From Candidatus Magasanikiibacteriota bacterium (GTDB lineage: Bacteria > Patescibacteriota > Patescibacteriia > Magasanikbacterales > UBA922), in the NCBI GenBank assembly GCA_018651085.1, contig JABIEQ010000002.1, positions 12,777 to 76,776 of the forward strand: a DNA stretch of 64,000 bases, read 5' to 3'. Both the position numbers and the translations under genes were made by a program. A model generated the notes under the pieces. It had not been told where the DNA came from. It saw only the letters and a list, made by a program, of their open reading frames with translations, and ran no database searches. Shown here in pieces: positions 38,597 through 47,512 of this stretch (position 1 is its first letter; each line of letters opens with the position of its first letter).

Positions 38597-39758
38597 AGAT
38601 CCATTCATTTTTGAGTTCTTGGAATCTATTTTCTTTTATTGCTTCTCGAATTTGTTTTGATAAATTAAGAAGGAAATATAGGTTGTGCATGCTTGCAATA
38701 CTATACGCAAGCAGTTCACTCGTATTAAATAGATGGTGCAGGTATGCACGAGAGTAATGACCAACAGGGGAGTTTTCTAATAATGGATCAATTGTTATTT
38801 TGTCTCGTTTATGAACAGCATTTGTAATATTTATTCTGTAGGTATTGCTTATTTTTTTATGCACGAATAATGTTCCATTTCTTGCCATTCTCGTAGGAGA
38901 CACACAATCAAATATATCAATGCCTTTTTCTACCACATCAAATAAATCTTTTGGGGAATGCCCAAGGCCCATGGTGTAGTGGGGTTTGTCTTCTGGAATG
39001 ATAGGGTTTACCCAATCAAGAATATTTTTTGTGGCTTCCATATTATATCCAACACTTTCTCCTCCAATGGCAATACCATCAAAGTCCATACTAGAAATAA
39101 TTTTGGCGCTTTCTTCTCTAAGATTTTTATGATTTGCTCCTTGAATAATACCGAATAAGAATTGGTTGTATCCGTGATGCTTGGTATTTTTTTTATGTGT
39201 ATCTAAACATTCTTTTGCCCAACGATGCGTTCGCTCCATGGCTTTTTTTGTGTACGTGCTATCTGCTTCGTCTGGGGTGCATTCGTCAAAGGCCATGATA
39301 ATATCAGCTCCTAATTTGTGTTGTGTTTCAATGGCGCTTTTTGGAGTGAATCGATGTTCTGATCCATCGATGTGTGAACGAAAGGTAACACCCTCGTCAT
39401 CAATTTTCACAAGAGGGTATGCATTTGTTCCTTCTTTTTTTTCTTTTTGTTTTCCTAAACTGAATACTTGAAAACCACCACTGTCAGTTAGTATTGGTTT
39501 ATCCCATTTCATGAAGTTATGAAGTCCACCAAATTCGTTAATGGTGTCTTCGCCCGGACGTAGATGTAGGTGATATGTATTGGCAAGAATAATCTGTGCA
39601 CCAATACTGTTTAAATTATTTGTATTAAGACCTTTTACTGTCGCTTGTGTGCCAACCGGCATAAATATAGGTGTCTCAATATCTCCATGATCTGTATGGA
39701 TGATGCCTGTTCTTGCAAGGCTCGTATTGTCTTTGTGAGTGATTTCAAAAAATGACAT
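38595..39758 (-). CDS. tgt: tRNA-guanine transglycosylase
   Basis: TPIFMPVGT, NTYHL, TDSGGFQVFSL, MAFDEC, DIFDCVSPTR. Confidence 0.96.
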   Translation of the reverse strand: MSFFEITHKDNTSLARTGIIHTDHGDIETPIFMPVGTQATVKGLNTNNLNSIGAQIILANTYHLHLRPGEDTINEFGGLHNFMKWDKPILTDSGGFQVFSLGKQKEKKEGTNAYPLVKIDDEGVTFRSHIDGSEHRFTPKSAIETQHKLGADIIMAFDECTPDEADSTYTKKAMERTHRWAKECLDTHKKNTKHHGYNQFLFGIIQGANHKNLREESAKIISSMDFDGIAIGGESVGYNMEATKNILDWVNPIIPEDKPHYTMGLGHSPKDLFDVVEKGIDIFDCVSPTRMARNGTLFVHKKISNTYRINITNAVHKRDKITIDPLLENSPVGHYSRAYLHHLFNTSELLAYSIASMHNLYFLLNLSKQIREAIKENRFQELKNEWI

Positions 39759-39872
39759 AGTGTTATGTGTTTGATCCTATCAGAGTTTTGTGTGTTTTTC
39801 AATATATGTTATTTTTTGTATGTTTGCTGTTGACAGTTTTTTTCTGATATGGCAATGTGGATATATACCTAT

Positions 39873-40038
39873 ATGAATCAAGCAATTTATACAATGTGTC
39901 ATGACCTCAAGATGTGGAGTATTACGCTCCGCTCTGTTGTGTTTGGTGTGTTTACACCTTTCCGGAGGCATGTTGTATCGAAGTAATTATTTTCTACTTT
40001 TATAAAACAAGCCGCCGGATAAATCTGGCGGCTTTTTT
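39873..40038 (+). other. Candidate structured sRNA and/or 37-aa sORF with terminator
   Basis: TTGACA at 39830; 12-bp closing stem ATACAATGTGTC/GGCATGTTGTAT; terminator AAGCCGCCGGAT..ATCTGGCGGCTTTTTT. Confidence 0.4.
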
Positions 40039-40176
40039 CTTTGTTGTCTAAGAGTGTACATCTTACCTAGTTGTATACCCTTAGGCCCCAACGTATACCC
40101 TTTACACGTGACACGATGATATGGGATTTGGCCTGATCCCACATATATTGTCGTTGTTCTTTTCTGGAGAAGGACT

Positions 40177-40431
40177 ATGGTTCCCTTGCCTCCTGGTGCG
40201 AGTGCTCATTTTTACACCGTCTATGGACGGCGGTTCGATTCTGACGGTAACCCTCTCGACGGAACGTCGACTCCTATGCCTCACCGGCCTGGTGGGTCAC
40301 ACATGGATTTCGGGCCTGACCCCGAGCGACCGAGCCCTCCGGGGGTTCTGCTCGAGTTCACGCTTAAGAAGGATGATGATGGCGAGGCTCCCGCCTCGCG
40401 TCCCGCTGCCCCTGCGGCGGTTGCTCGATGA
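40177..40431 (+). CDS. Pro/Gly-rich hypothetical protein, 84 aa (cassette C)
   Basis: SD GGAGAAGGA; GC-rich codons; two long 3' hairpins and a T-run. Confidence 0.55.
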   Translation: MVPLPPGASAHFYTVYGRRFDSDGNPLDGTSTPMPHRPGGSHMDFGPDPERPSPPGVLLEFTLKKDDDGEAPASRPAAPAAVAR

Positions 40432-40590
40432 TCGAGCGCCCTTCTGACGGTCCATCCGTATCCTCCTCCAACACAGACGGACACTTCATTTGCAAGTGTC
40501 CGTCTGCCCGCCTCATATGTCATAAACATTGTTTGTGGCATATGAAGCGGGTTTGCCTTTCTTTTTTTGTCTGATACAATTATAAACACT

Positions 40591-40935
40591 ATGTTATATC
40601 ATAAGAGTGATGCAAAATCATTTACTATTCCTGGTGGTACTGAAGGTGTATTGTATCCACCTAGCTTAAAAGGGGATCAGAGTGTTGCTGTTATTTCGAT
40701 GGATGGTCATTATCCTAAAGAAGGGTACTCACGAAATGATGTATGTACGGAAACGTTGTATCTTCTTGAGGGGGCATTTGAAATTGAATATGATGGAGCA
40801 TGGCATACACTTATTCCAGGTGACATATTTATGATATTACCTGATCATAAATATAGAACAAAAGGAAAAGGAAAAGCATGTGTATTTATTACTCCATCGT
40901 GGGATAGTGCGCAAAATCATATTACGTTAACTTAA
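40591..40935 (+). CDS. Cupin-domain protein
   Basis: ETLYLLEG...LIPGDIFMILP; start at MLYHKS. Confidence 0.8.
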   Translation: MLYHKSDAKSFTIPGGTEGVLYPPSLKGDQSVAVISMDGHYPKEGYSRNDVCTETLYLLEGAFEIEYDGAWHTLIPGDIFMILPDHKYRTKGKGKACVFITPSWDSAQNHITLT

Positions 40936-40943
40936 ATTTTCTT

Positions 40944-42068
40944 ATGCAACCTAAAGTTATTTATTCTGTTGGATCATATAGTGACATGTTTTATCGGATA
41001 GGGATTAATATTCCTGATCCATTTTTTTACTTTGATTTTGGGGACAAACAATATGTTTTTTTAGACCACCGAGAATATGGCGTGTTTGAAGAACATAATA
41101 CAAATGATGCTATTACTTTGGTTCTTTTAAATCCACTTCTTGAAAAAGCAATGGCCATGGATGAAAAATCATCTCTTACTTGTCGGCTTGCGTTTTTACT
41201 TTTTCAAGAGTATGACTTGAGTTCTAAAGAGATTCAGGTTCCAACAAATTTTCCACTTGATCTTGCTGATTATCTTCGTGCTAAAGGGATGACATTAATT
41301 CCTACAGCTCCTCTTTACCCTCAACGATTATATAAAACAAAAGAAGAAGCCGGATACATTCGTGAAGCCCTTGGGTTAACCTATAGTGGATATGAATGTG
41401 TGGAAGATGTGTTACGTGCGTCTACTATTTCGGGAGATACTCTTTTATATGAAGGGAATGTTCTTACAAGTGAATTTTTAAGCGCAAAAGTTGAGCAAAC
41501 GTTACTTTCACGAGATTTAGCATCAGAGTGCGGTATGATTGTGTCATGTGGTTCTCATGCGGCGATTCCACATCATCGTGGAGCTGGTCCGATTCGCCCA
41601 CACCAAACTATTATTTGTGACTTATTTCCACGGCATAGAAAAACTGGATATTTTAGTGACATTACAAGAACGTTTGTAAAAGGTACTGTGTCTGACGAGA
41701 TTAAAAAAATGTATGATGCTGTGTATGAAGCGCAGACTACTGCTGTGAAGATGATTAAGCCGGGTGTAGAAAGAAGTGATGTGCATCAAGCATGTATTGA
41801 TATCTTTTTAGCTCGTGGGTATCACGCAGGGGATAAGGGGTTTACTCATGGAACTGGTCATGGACTTGGTATTGATTTACATGAAGCACCGTATGTTCGT
41901 GGGGCGTCTGAAGTTTCTGGCGTGTTTGAACCAGGACATGTTGTGACAGTTGAACCAGGATTGTATTATCCAGAGATTGGTGGTATTCGGATTGAAGACG
42001 TGGTATGGGTAACAGAAGACGGGAATGATAACCTTACAACGTATCATAAGGATTATCATATTGCGTAG
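40944..42068 (+). CDS. Xaa-Pro aminopeptidase (M24 family)
   Basis: AAIPHH, YFSDITRT, HGTGHGLGIDLHEAP, TVEPGLY, GIRIED. Confidence 0.93.
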   Translation: MQPKVIYSVGSYSDMFYRIGINIPDPFFYFDFGDKQYVFLDHREYGVFEEHNTNDAITLVLLNPLLEKAMAMDEKSSLTCRLAFLLFQEYDLSSKEIQVPTNFPLDLADYLRAKGMTLIPTAPLYPQRLYKTKEEAGYIREALGLTYSGYECVEDVLRASTISGDTLLYEGNVLTSEFLSAKVEQTLLSRDLASECGMIVSCGSHAAIPHHRGAGPIRPHQTIICDLFPRHRKTGYFSDITRTFVKGTVSDEIKKMYDAVYEAQTTAVKMIKPGVERSDVHQACIDIFLARGYHAGDKGFTHGTGHGLGIDLHEAPYVRGASEVSGVFEPGHVVTVEPGLYYPEIGGIRIEDVVWVTEDGNDNLTTYHKDYHIA

Positions 42069-42097
42069 AGGGTGTGTATAGTTTTTTTGTACATTCC

Positions 42098-42534
42098 TTG
42101 CAGAATGGTTTTTCCTTTGGTATAGTGAAAAAAGTGAAATATATAATAATGTATGAGATTACTTGGTAAGACAACTCTGTTTATTTCTTTCCCCTGGCAT
42201 GTGGTAGCTTTTTCTTTTCGCCACATTCTGTTTATTGTGGGAGGGAACGGGGTATATGCTTATCAACACGAATGTATGTAGTGGTTGAGTAATAAGATTG
42301 TATACCCCACAGATGTGGGGTATTTTATTTGAGTATGGATAGAAGAAATGATTATCATTTCTTCTATGCGTACGCAAGTACGCAGGCCCCCGCAATACTG
42401 GGAAATATAGCGGTGGGAAGAAAAACACAACACTCTGGGAGTGAGGCTTTCTATCTAACATATATAGGTAAAAGGTCTCATTCCTTCGCTCTTTACCATT
42501 TTACACTGCAAGAGTCACCATTTGGTGGCTTTTT
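42098..42534 (+). ncRNA. Candidate structured non-coding RNA of about 400 nt
   Basis: TTGCAG-17-TATAGT promoter; at least 6 hairpins including a GCAA tetraloop; terminator; no credible ORF. Confidence 0.5.
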
Positions 42535-42742
42535 GCTTTGTTGACACCAATTTATTTTTATAGTACGGTATATCGTCGTATCTAAACATAAAGAAAAGCA
42601 TATCTTTATTTGGTATATTTTTCTTTCTTTTTAGTGATTCGTTGCTCGAAAGGAACTGGTCGTGCACTGCGCCAGGCGTATCTGCGAAGCAGTATCTGTC
42701 ATTCTTAGATCCAGCCATAGCGCTGGTGCGGGAGAAAAAGAA

Positions 42743-43249
42743 ATGCCGAACTCGTTGAAATAATTGAAACCGGGGGTTTACCGGCTTCATGATCCTAGTA
42801 GGCCAGGAGGTCGCTGGGAGTGGGTCCGCCTTGATGAGGTATCTCGAATTTTGGGGGTGAGCCCCTCGGACGTGCTAGAGCGGTACAAGCCGCTTTTCTG
42901 GCAACCCGGCGAGGATCTGCTTCAGATGGAGATGTCTCTCATGACCTCTTCTGGTGTGTTCTTGACCCATGTTCCGGGAGATCTTCGTTGGCTCTACGTA
43001 CCGAAGGGGTTCTCTGATGATGTCCTCACGGTCGCTAAACTGGGGATTGATTCTTTCCAAAAAGAGATGATGCCCCACTACATGACTACGGTTCCGCACG
43101 CGACGGTGCGAGCCTTTCGTCCTGTCCGGGGGCAGTGTCTTCTCATCGTGGGATACGTCGGCGAGGAACGCTACGATTCCACAGACGGGCGTAATCTGGC
43201 TCAACCACTCCTCAGGAGCCCCTGGCGCCCCTGTGGTCCTCCCATTTGA
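42743..43249 (+). pseudogene. GC-richer orphan ORF interrupted by an in-frame TAA at codon 7 (cassette D)
   Basis: SD GGGAG, then ATG CCG AAC TCG TTG AAA TAA TTG AAA CCG..., in frame with the 161-aa ORF. Confidence 0.55.
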
Positions 43250-43594
43250 ACTACAATAAGTCATCACGCATTGCATGGCGTTTGATGCCAGAGGCTTGTC
43301 CTCTGTTGGTTAGCTCATACCTATTTGAGCCGCGTCCTGCGTTACGGATCCTTTCCTTTAATGTCTTAGCGTTGATGCAACAGCTTCTAGGACCCTTCCC
43401 TTTGTTATCTTTTATGTAAAGATGGTAGGGGAAAGTGGGTATAAAGACACTTCACATTTGTGGGGTGTTTTTTGTTGTGGATAACTTATGGATATTTTTC
43501 TTGACCACTGTATATTCATGATGTACAGTACTTATGTTGTGGGGCGACAAGTGTTGTCTCCCCCGTTTTTCTTCCCCGTTACCTGGAGCCCGTT

Positions 43595-43705
43595 ATGAAC
43601 GGCATCCCCAACATCCCTCTCTTCCCGATGGCTTTCCCGGCACACCCCGCGCGCCCGCTGCGTCCGGCCCACCCTGGCATCCCGCACACCCCGTGCTGGC
43701 CCTAG
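43595..43705 (+). CDS. 36-aa proline-periodic peptide MNGIPNIPLFPMAFPAHPARPLRPAHPGIPHTPCWP (cassette E)
   Basis: Promoter TTGACC-17-TACAGT at 43501-43529; SD GGAG; 3' hairpins and terminator; below the ORF-track cutoff. Confidence 0.6.
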   Translation: MNGIPNIPLFPMAFPAHPARPLRPAHPGIPHTPCWP

Positions 43706-43942
43706 TCTGACGCCGATCGGCGAGAGAGAGATGGACCTTTCCCCTGCGGGGGAAGGATGAAGGCTTTCGGGTCGACCAACGCTGCTTGCAGCCTGGTCGA
43801 CCCGAGGGTTCGATCATATTTCACGCATTGCGTGTTTTTTTTATTGCATTAATTTTTTTATATTGTTGGTAAGGTAATTAAAAACGCCTCAAAGGGCGTT
43901 TTTAATTATGTTCTTTTATGATTGGATTGTTGTTGTTTGTAT

Positions 43943-44713
43943 TTAAAATTTACTTTTTAATACAACGTGATCAACAAAGTTTTTAATAATTTTATGTGTA
44001 TCAGGTGTTTTCATAATTCTGTCAGTAATGCCTTGTAAATCTTTTTTAAGATTTGGGTATTTATCTTTATACCAAGCTAGTCGTTCAACAATGTCTTCGT
44101 AATCAATTTCTGGGTGAAATTGAAAAGCATAAAATGGTTTATTTTTTATTTTAAAAATATGAATGGGGCATTTTTCTGCGTGTGCAAGAAGAATAGCGTC
44201 TGGTGGAAGTTTGTCTGCGAGCTTTGAGTGGAAGGTGACTGCAGAAAAAGGATTAGGTATGTCTTTAAATACGGGATCAACTTGACCTTCACTTGTTAGA
44301 TGGATGTATGCTGATCCATCTTCCATGTTTTCGTTATCAACAACCATCCGTCCATCAAATAAGTCAATTGCTACTTGAAATCCAAAACACGAAATGAGTG
44401 TTGGGATTCCTTGTTCTTTTGCATAGCTTAAGATGTCTTGCATTGATTCAATGTATGGATACCGTTCTTTATCGTATTTCACAATAACACCAGTAGCTTC
44501 TTTTGGATCATCACTTGTTCCACCCATAAAAAGCATGTCATATTGGTCAAGGATTGTTTTATCAAAAATTGGTGTGTTAAACACATCAATACTTGTACAT
44601 TGTTCTTTTTCAATTCCTGCAAACCGTACAAATTGATCATGTTCACGAGTACGTGTTTGTTCATCTTTTCGAAATTGGATGAGGAGTGCTTTTATATTGG
44701 TTCTGTCTTTCAT
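43943..44713 (-). CDS. Type 1 glutamine amidotransferase-like protein
   Basis: MGG, ISCFGFQ nucleophile, QFHPE. Confidence 0.88.
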   Translation of the reverse strand: MKDRTNIKALLIQFRKDEQTRTREHDQFVRFAGIEKEQCTSIDVFNTPIFDKTILDQYDMLFMGGTSDDPKEATGVIVKYDKERYPYIESMQDILSYAKEQGIPTLISCFGFQVAIDLFDGRMVVDNENMEDGSAYIHLTSEGQVDPVFKDIPNPFSAVTFHSKLADKLPPDAILLAHAEKCPIHIFKIKNKPFYAFQFHPEIDYEDIVERLAWYKDKYPNLKKDLQGITDRIMKTPDTHKIIKNFVDHVVLKSKF

Positions 44714-44822
44714 ATCATGATTAATAATTATCTTAATCTAGCAATATTTATGGGTGTTGTCAATTGTAGGTGAATTTTCTTTTTGTGTTACTTATGCCAT
44801 ACTAGGCTCGTATTTCTATAGT

Positions 44823-46868
44823 ATGATTGATTTTGATTCTGAATTAAACAAAGAACAATTAGATGTTGTGCGCCATGGAGATGGCGCTTGTTTAGTGTTA
44901 GCTGGTGCGGGAAGTGGTAAAACACGGACGATTATTTATAGAGTGGCATATCTTTTAGAACAAGGAGTTAATCCAGAAGAAATTCTTCTTGTGACGTTTA
45001 CGAATAAAGCCGCAAAAGAAATGGTTCAACGTCTTGAGCGTATTGTAGAAGGGCAGATGAAGCTTCCTTGGTCGGGGACATTCCACAGGGTGACGTATAA
45101 AATACTTCGAAAATATGCATCCCTTTTAGGATATAGTAATAATTTTACAATTTTAGATTCAGGGGATAGTCTTGATTTATTGAAGTTGTGTATTAAACAA
45201 GAAGGGGTTGATAGGAAAAAGCGACGGTTTCCTTCAGCAAAAGTATTACGATCGCTGATTAGTTATGCGAGGAATGCTCAGATGCCTATTGAAGATGTGC
45301 TTAAGGAAAAACATCCACAGTGGATGGATATTGCTGACGTGATTTCACGTATTGGTGACGATTATGCAAAACGAAAAAAAGAAGCTCAAGCAATGGATTT
45401 TGATGATCTTTTAGTAAATGCGTATTTATTGTTTTTGAAAAATGAAAAATTACGACGATTGTTTAGTACACAGTTTAAATATGTATTGGTTGACGAGTAC
45501 CAAGACACGAATAGAATTCAAGCTTCTTTAATCCATTTATTATCGTCGCATCATAAAAATCTTTTAGTGGTGGGGGATGATGCACAAAGTATTTATTCAT
45601 TTCGGGCTGCTGACATTAAAAATATTTTAGACTTTGAAGCGCGGTTTCGTGGTGCAAAAGTTTTTCGACTTGAAACAAATTATCGTTCAACTCCTGAGAT
45701 ATTGTTTGTTGCAAATGATGTTATTTCCCACAATGCTTCGCAATATCAAAAAACCCTTCGAGCAACACGGGATGTGTTTTGTCGTCCAGAAGTGCATCCT
45801 TTTTCTGATATCCAAGAAGAAGCTGCCTTTATTGCTGACCGTGTGTTAGAACTACGTGACGAAGGAGTTGCACTTCCTAAAATTGCGGTTCTTTTTCGTG
45901 CAGCATATCAATCTCAAGCACTTGAGGTAGAACTGGTTAAGCGAGATATTCCTTATGAATATCGTGGTGGTGTTCGTTTTTTTGATCGATCTCATATTAA
46001 AGATGTTTTAGGGTATTTACGTGTGTTTCATAATCCTGTTGATGTTGTTGCGTGGAGCCGAGTTCTTACCATGCAAGCAGGCATCGGGCCTGCGAGTGCA
46101 CAAAAAATCATTCAAGCTCTTAAGGGGAGTGATGACGATGTTGATCTCGAAGCGCTTGGGCAATCCATATTGTCTGTTCGTGCTCGTGTTGGTTGGGCTG
46201 ATTTTTTGTCTGTTTGGGAAGGTTTGCATGCATGTGAAAATCCGCATCCGCATGAACTCATTAAAAGTGTGCTTGATTCTAATTATGTTACGTATATTGA
46301 AAACGAGCATGATAATTATCGTGAACGATTGCAAGACATTGAACAATTAGCGTTGTATGCTGAAAGACAACCTGACATTGCACAGTTTTTGGCAGATGTG
46401 ACGCTTCAAGAAGGATTTACCGCAGCACAAGCACGTGGTGTGTCTGATGACGATGAGCATATGGTGCTTTCTACTATTCATCAGGCTAAAGGACTTGAAT
46501 GGGACACCGTATTTGTTATGGGCGTGTCAAATGGACAGTTTCCAAGTGAAAGATCATTGAAAGAACCTAAAGGATTGGAAGAAGAAAGGCGATTATTTTA
46601 TGTTGCTGTTACCCGTGCAGAGCGATTACTTTATTTTAGTTATAGTTTAACCGGAGGATTTAGATCAGCCCTTGCTGGTCCGAGTGTCTTTATTGATGAA
46701 ATTGCACGAGACCTTGTCGATCATCATAATTTTAGAGATTTGCCACTTATTGCCTTTACTGATCCGAGCGATAGTGTTGATAATGTGTCTTATGTCGCAG
46801 AAGACGATGCGTGGAATGATTGGGGAGAGAAACGAACGAGTTTTTTAAAGAGCATTGATGAATATTAG
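44823..46868 (+). CDS. UvrD/PcrA/Rep-family helicase
   Basis: AGAGSGKT, VDEYQD, VGDDAQSIY, NYRS, TIHQAKGLEW, EERRLFYVAVTRA. Confidence 0.95.
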   Translation: MIDFDSELNKEQLDVVRHGDGACLVLAGAGSGKTRTIIYRVAYLLEQGVNPEEILLVTFTNKAAKEMVQRLERIVEGQMKLPWSGTFHRVTYKILRKYASLLGYSNNFTILDSGDSLDLLKLCIKQEGVDRKKRRFPSAKVLRSLISYARNAQMPIEDVLKEKHPQWMDIADVISRIGDDYAKRKKEAQAMDFDDLLVNAYLLFLKNEKLRRLFSTQFKYVLVDEYQDTNRIQASLIHLLSSHHKNLLVVGDDAQSIYSFRAADIKNILDFEARFRGAKVFRLETNYRSTPEILFVANDVISHNASQYQKTLRATRDVFCRPEVHPFSDIQEEAAFIADRVLELRDEGVALPKIAVLFRAAYQSQALEVELVKRDIPYEYRGGVRFFDRSHIKDVLGYLRVFHNPVDVVAWSRVLTMQAGIGPASAQKIIQALKGSDDDVDLEALGQSILSVRARVGWADFLSVWEGLHACENPHPHELIKSVLDSNYVTYIENEHDNYRERLQDIEQLALYAERQPDIAQFLADVTLQEGFTAAQARGVSDDDEHMVLSTIHQAKGLEWDTVFVMGVSNGQFPSERSLKEPKGLEEERRLFYVAVTRAERLLYFSYSLTGGFRSALAGPSVFIDEIARDLVDHHNFRDLPLIAFTDPSDSVDNVSYVAEDDAWNDWGEKRTSFLKSIDEY

Positions 46869-46954
46869 TTTTTTTGTCTGTCCCTTGACAGAGTTGTTTT
46901 TTTTGCCTATACTCACCCAAAAACCCTTGTTTATTCATGTAAACTATTAGAGAT

Positions 46955-47434
46955 ATGAAATTTGATGGTATTTTTGAAAAAACTATTGTTATTGTGAAGC
47001 CGGATGGTGTTCAGCGTGGGCTAGTTGGAGAGATTGTTCGTCGTCTTGAAATGAAAGGATTAAAGATCGTTGGACTTAAAATGATGTATCTTAGTGAAGC
47101 TGCACTTCGTGAGCATTATGCGCATCATGTTGAAAAGCCATTTTATCCTGGGCTTGAATCATTCATGCAGTCCTCTCCTGTTGCTGTCATTTGTGCAGAA
47201 GGGAAGAATGCTGTAGGAGCGGTTCGTCTTATTGCCGGGATTACGAATGCTGGTGAAGCTGATGCTGGAACTATGCGAGGAGACCTTGCTATGGGACTTT
47301 GTAATGTTGTTCATTGTTCTGACTCAGTTGATAATGCTAAAGCAGAAGTTACACGATTTTTCGATGAGAATGAAATTTTTGATTACGATAAGACTGAATG
47401 GACTCACGTATACATGGATGATGAGCGTGCATAA
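46955..47434 (+). CDS. ndk: Nucleoside diphosphate kinase
   Basis: KPDGVQRGLVGEI, GTMRGD, NVVHCSDS. Confidence 0.96.
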   Translation: MKFDGIFEKTIVIVKPDGVQRGLVGEIVRRLEMKGLKIVGLKMMYLSEAALREHYAHHVEKPFYPGLESFMQSSPVAVICAEGKNAVGAVRLIAGITNAGEADAGTMRGDLAMGLCNVVHCSDSVDNAKAEVTRFFDENEIFDYDKTEWTHVYMDDERA

Positions 47435-47512
47435 TGTAGACGGTCTTGTTATTATTTGATACGGTAAAACTCACGACTTGTTCGTGGGTTTTCTATTTAA
47501 TAAAGTGGTCCT

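Noticed and set aside
42098-42534. tmRNA or self-splicing intron
   Set aside because: No tRNA-like acceptor/T-arm ends, no tag-like ORF, no recognisable group I/II core, and it does not interrupt a gene.
43264-43831. Shared 11-mer TCACGCATTGC in the 3' regions of cassettes D and E
   Set aside because: A single short match in different structural contexts; cannot be distinguished from chance without statistics.
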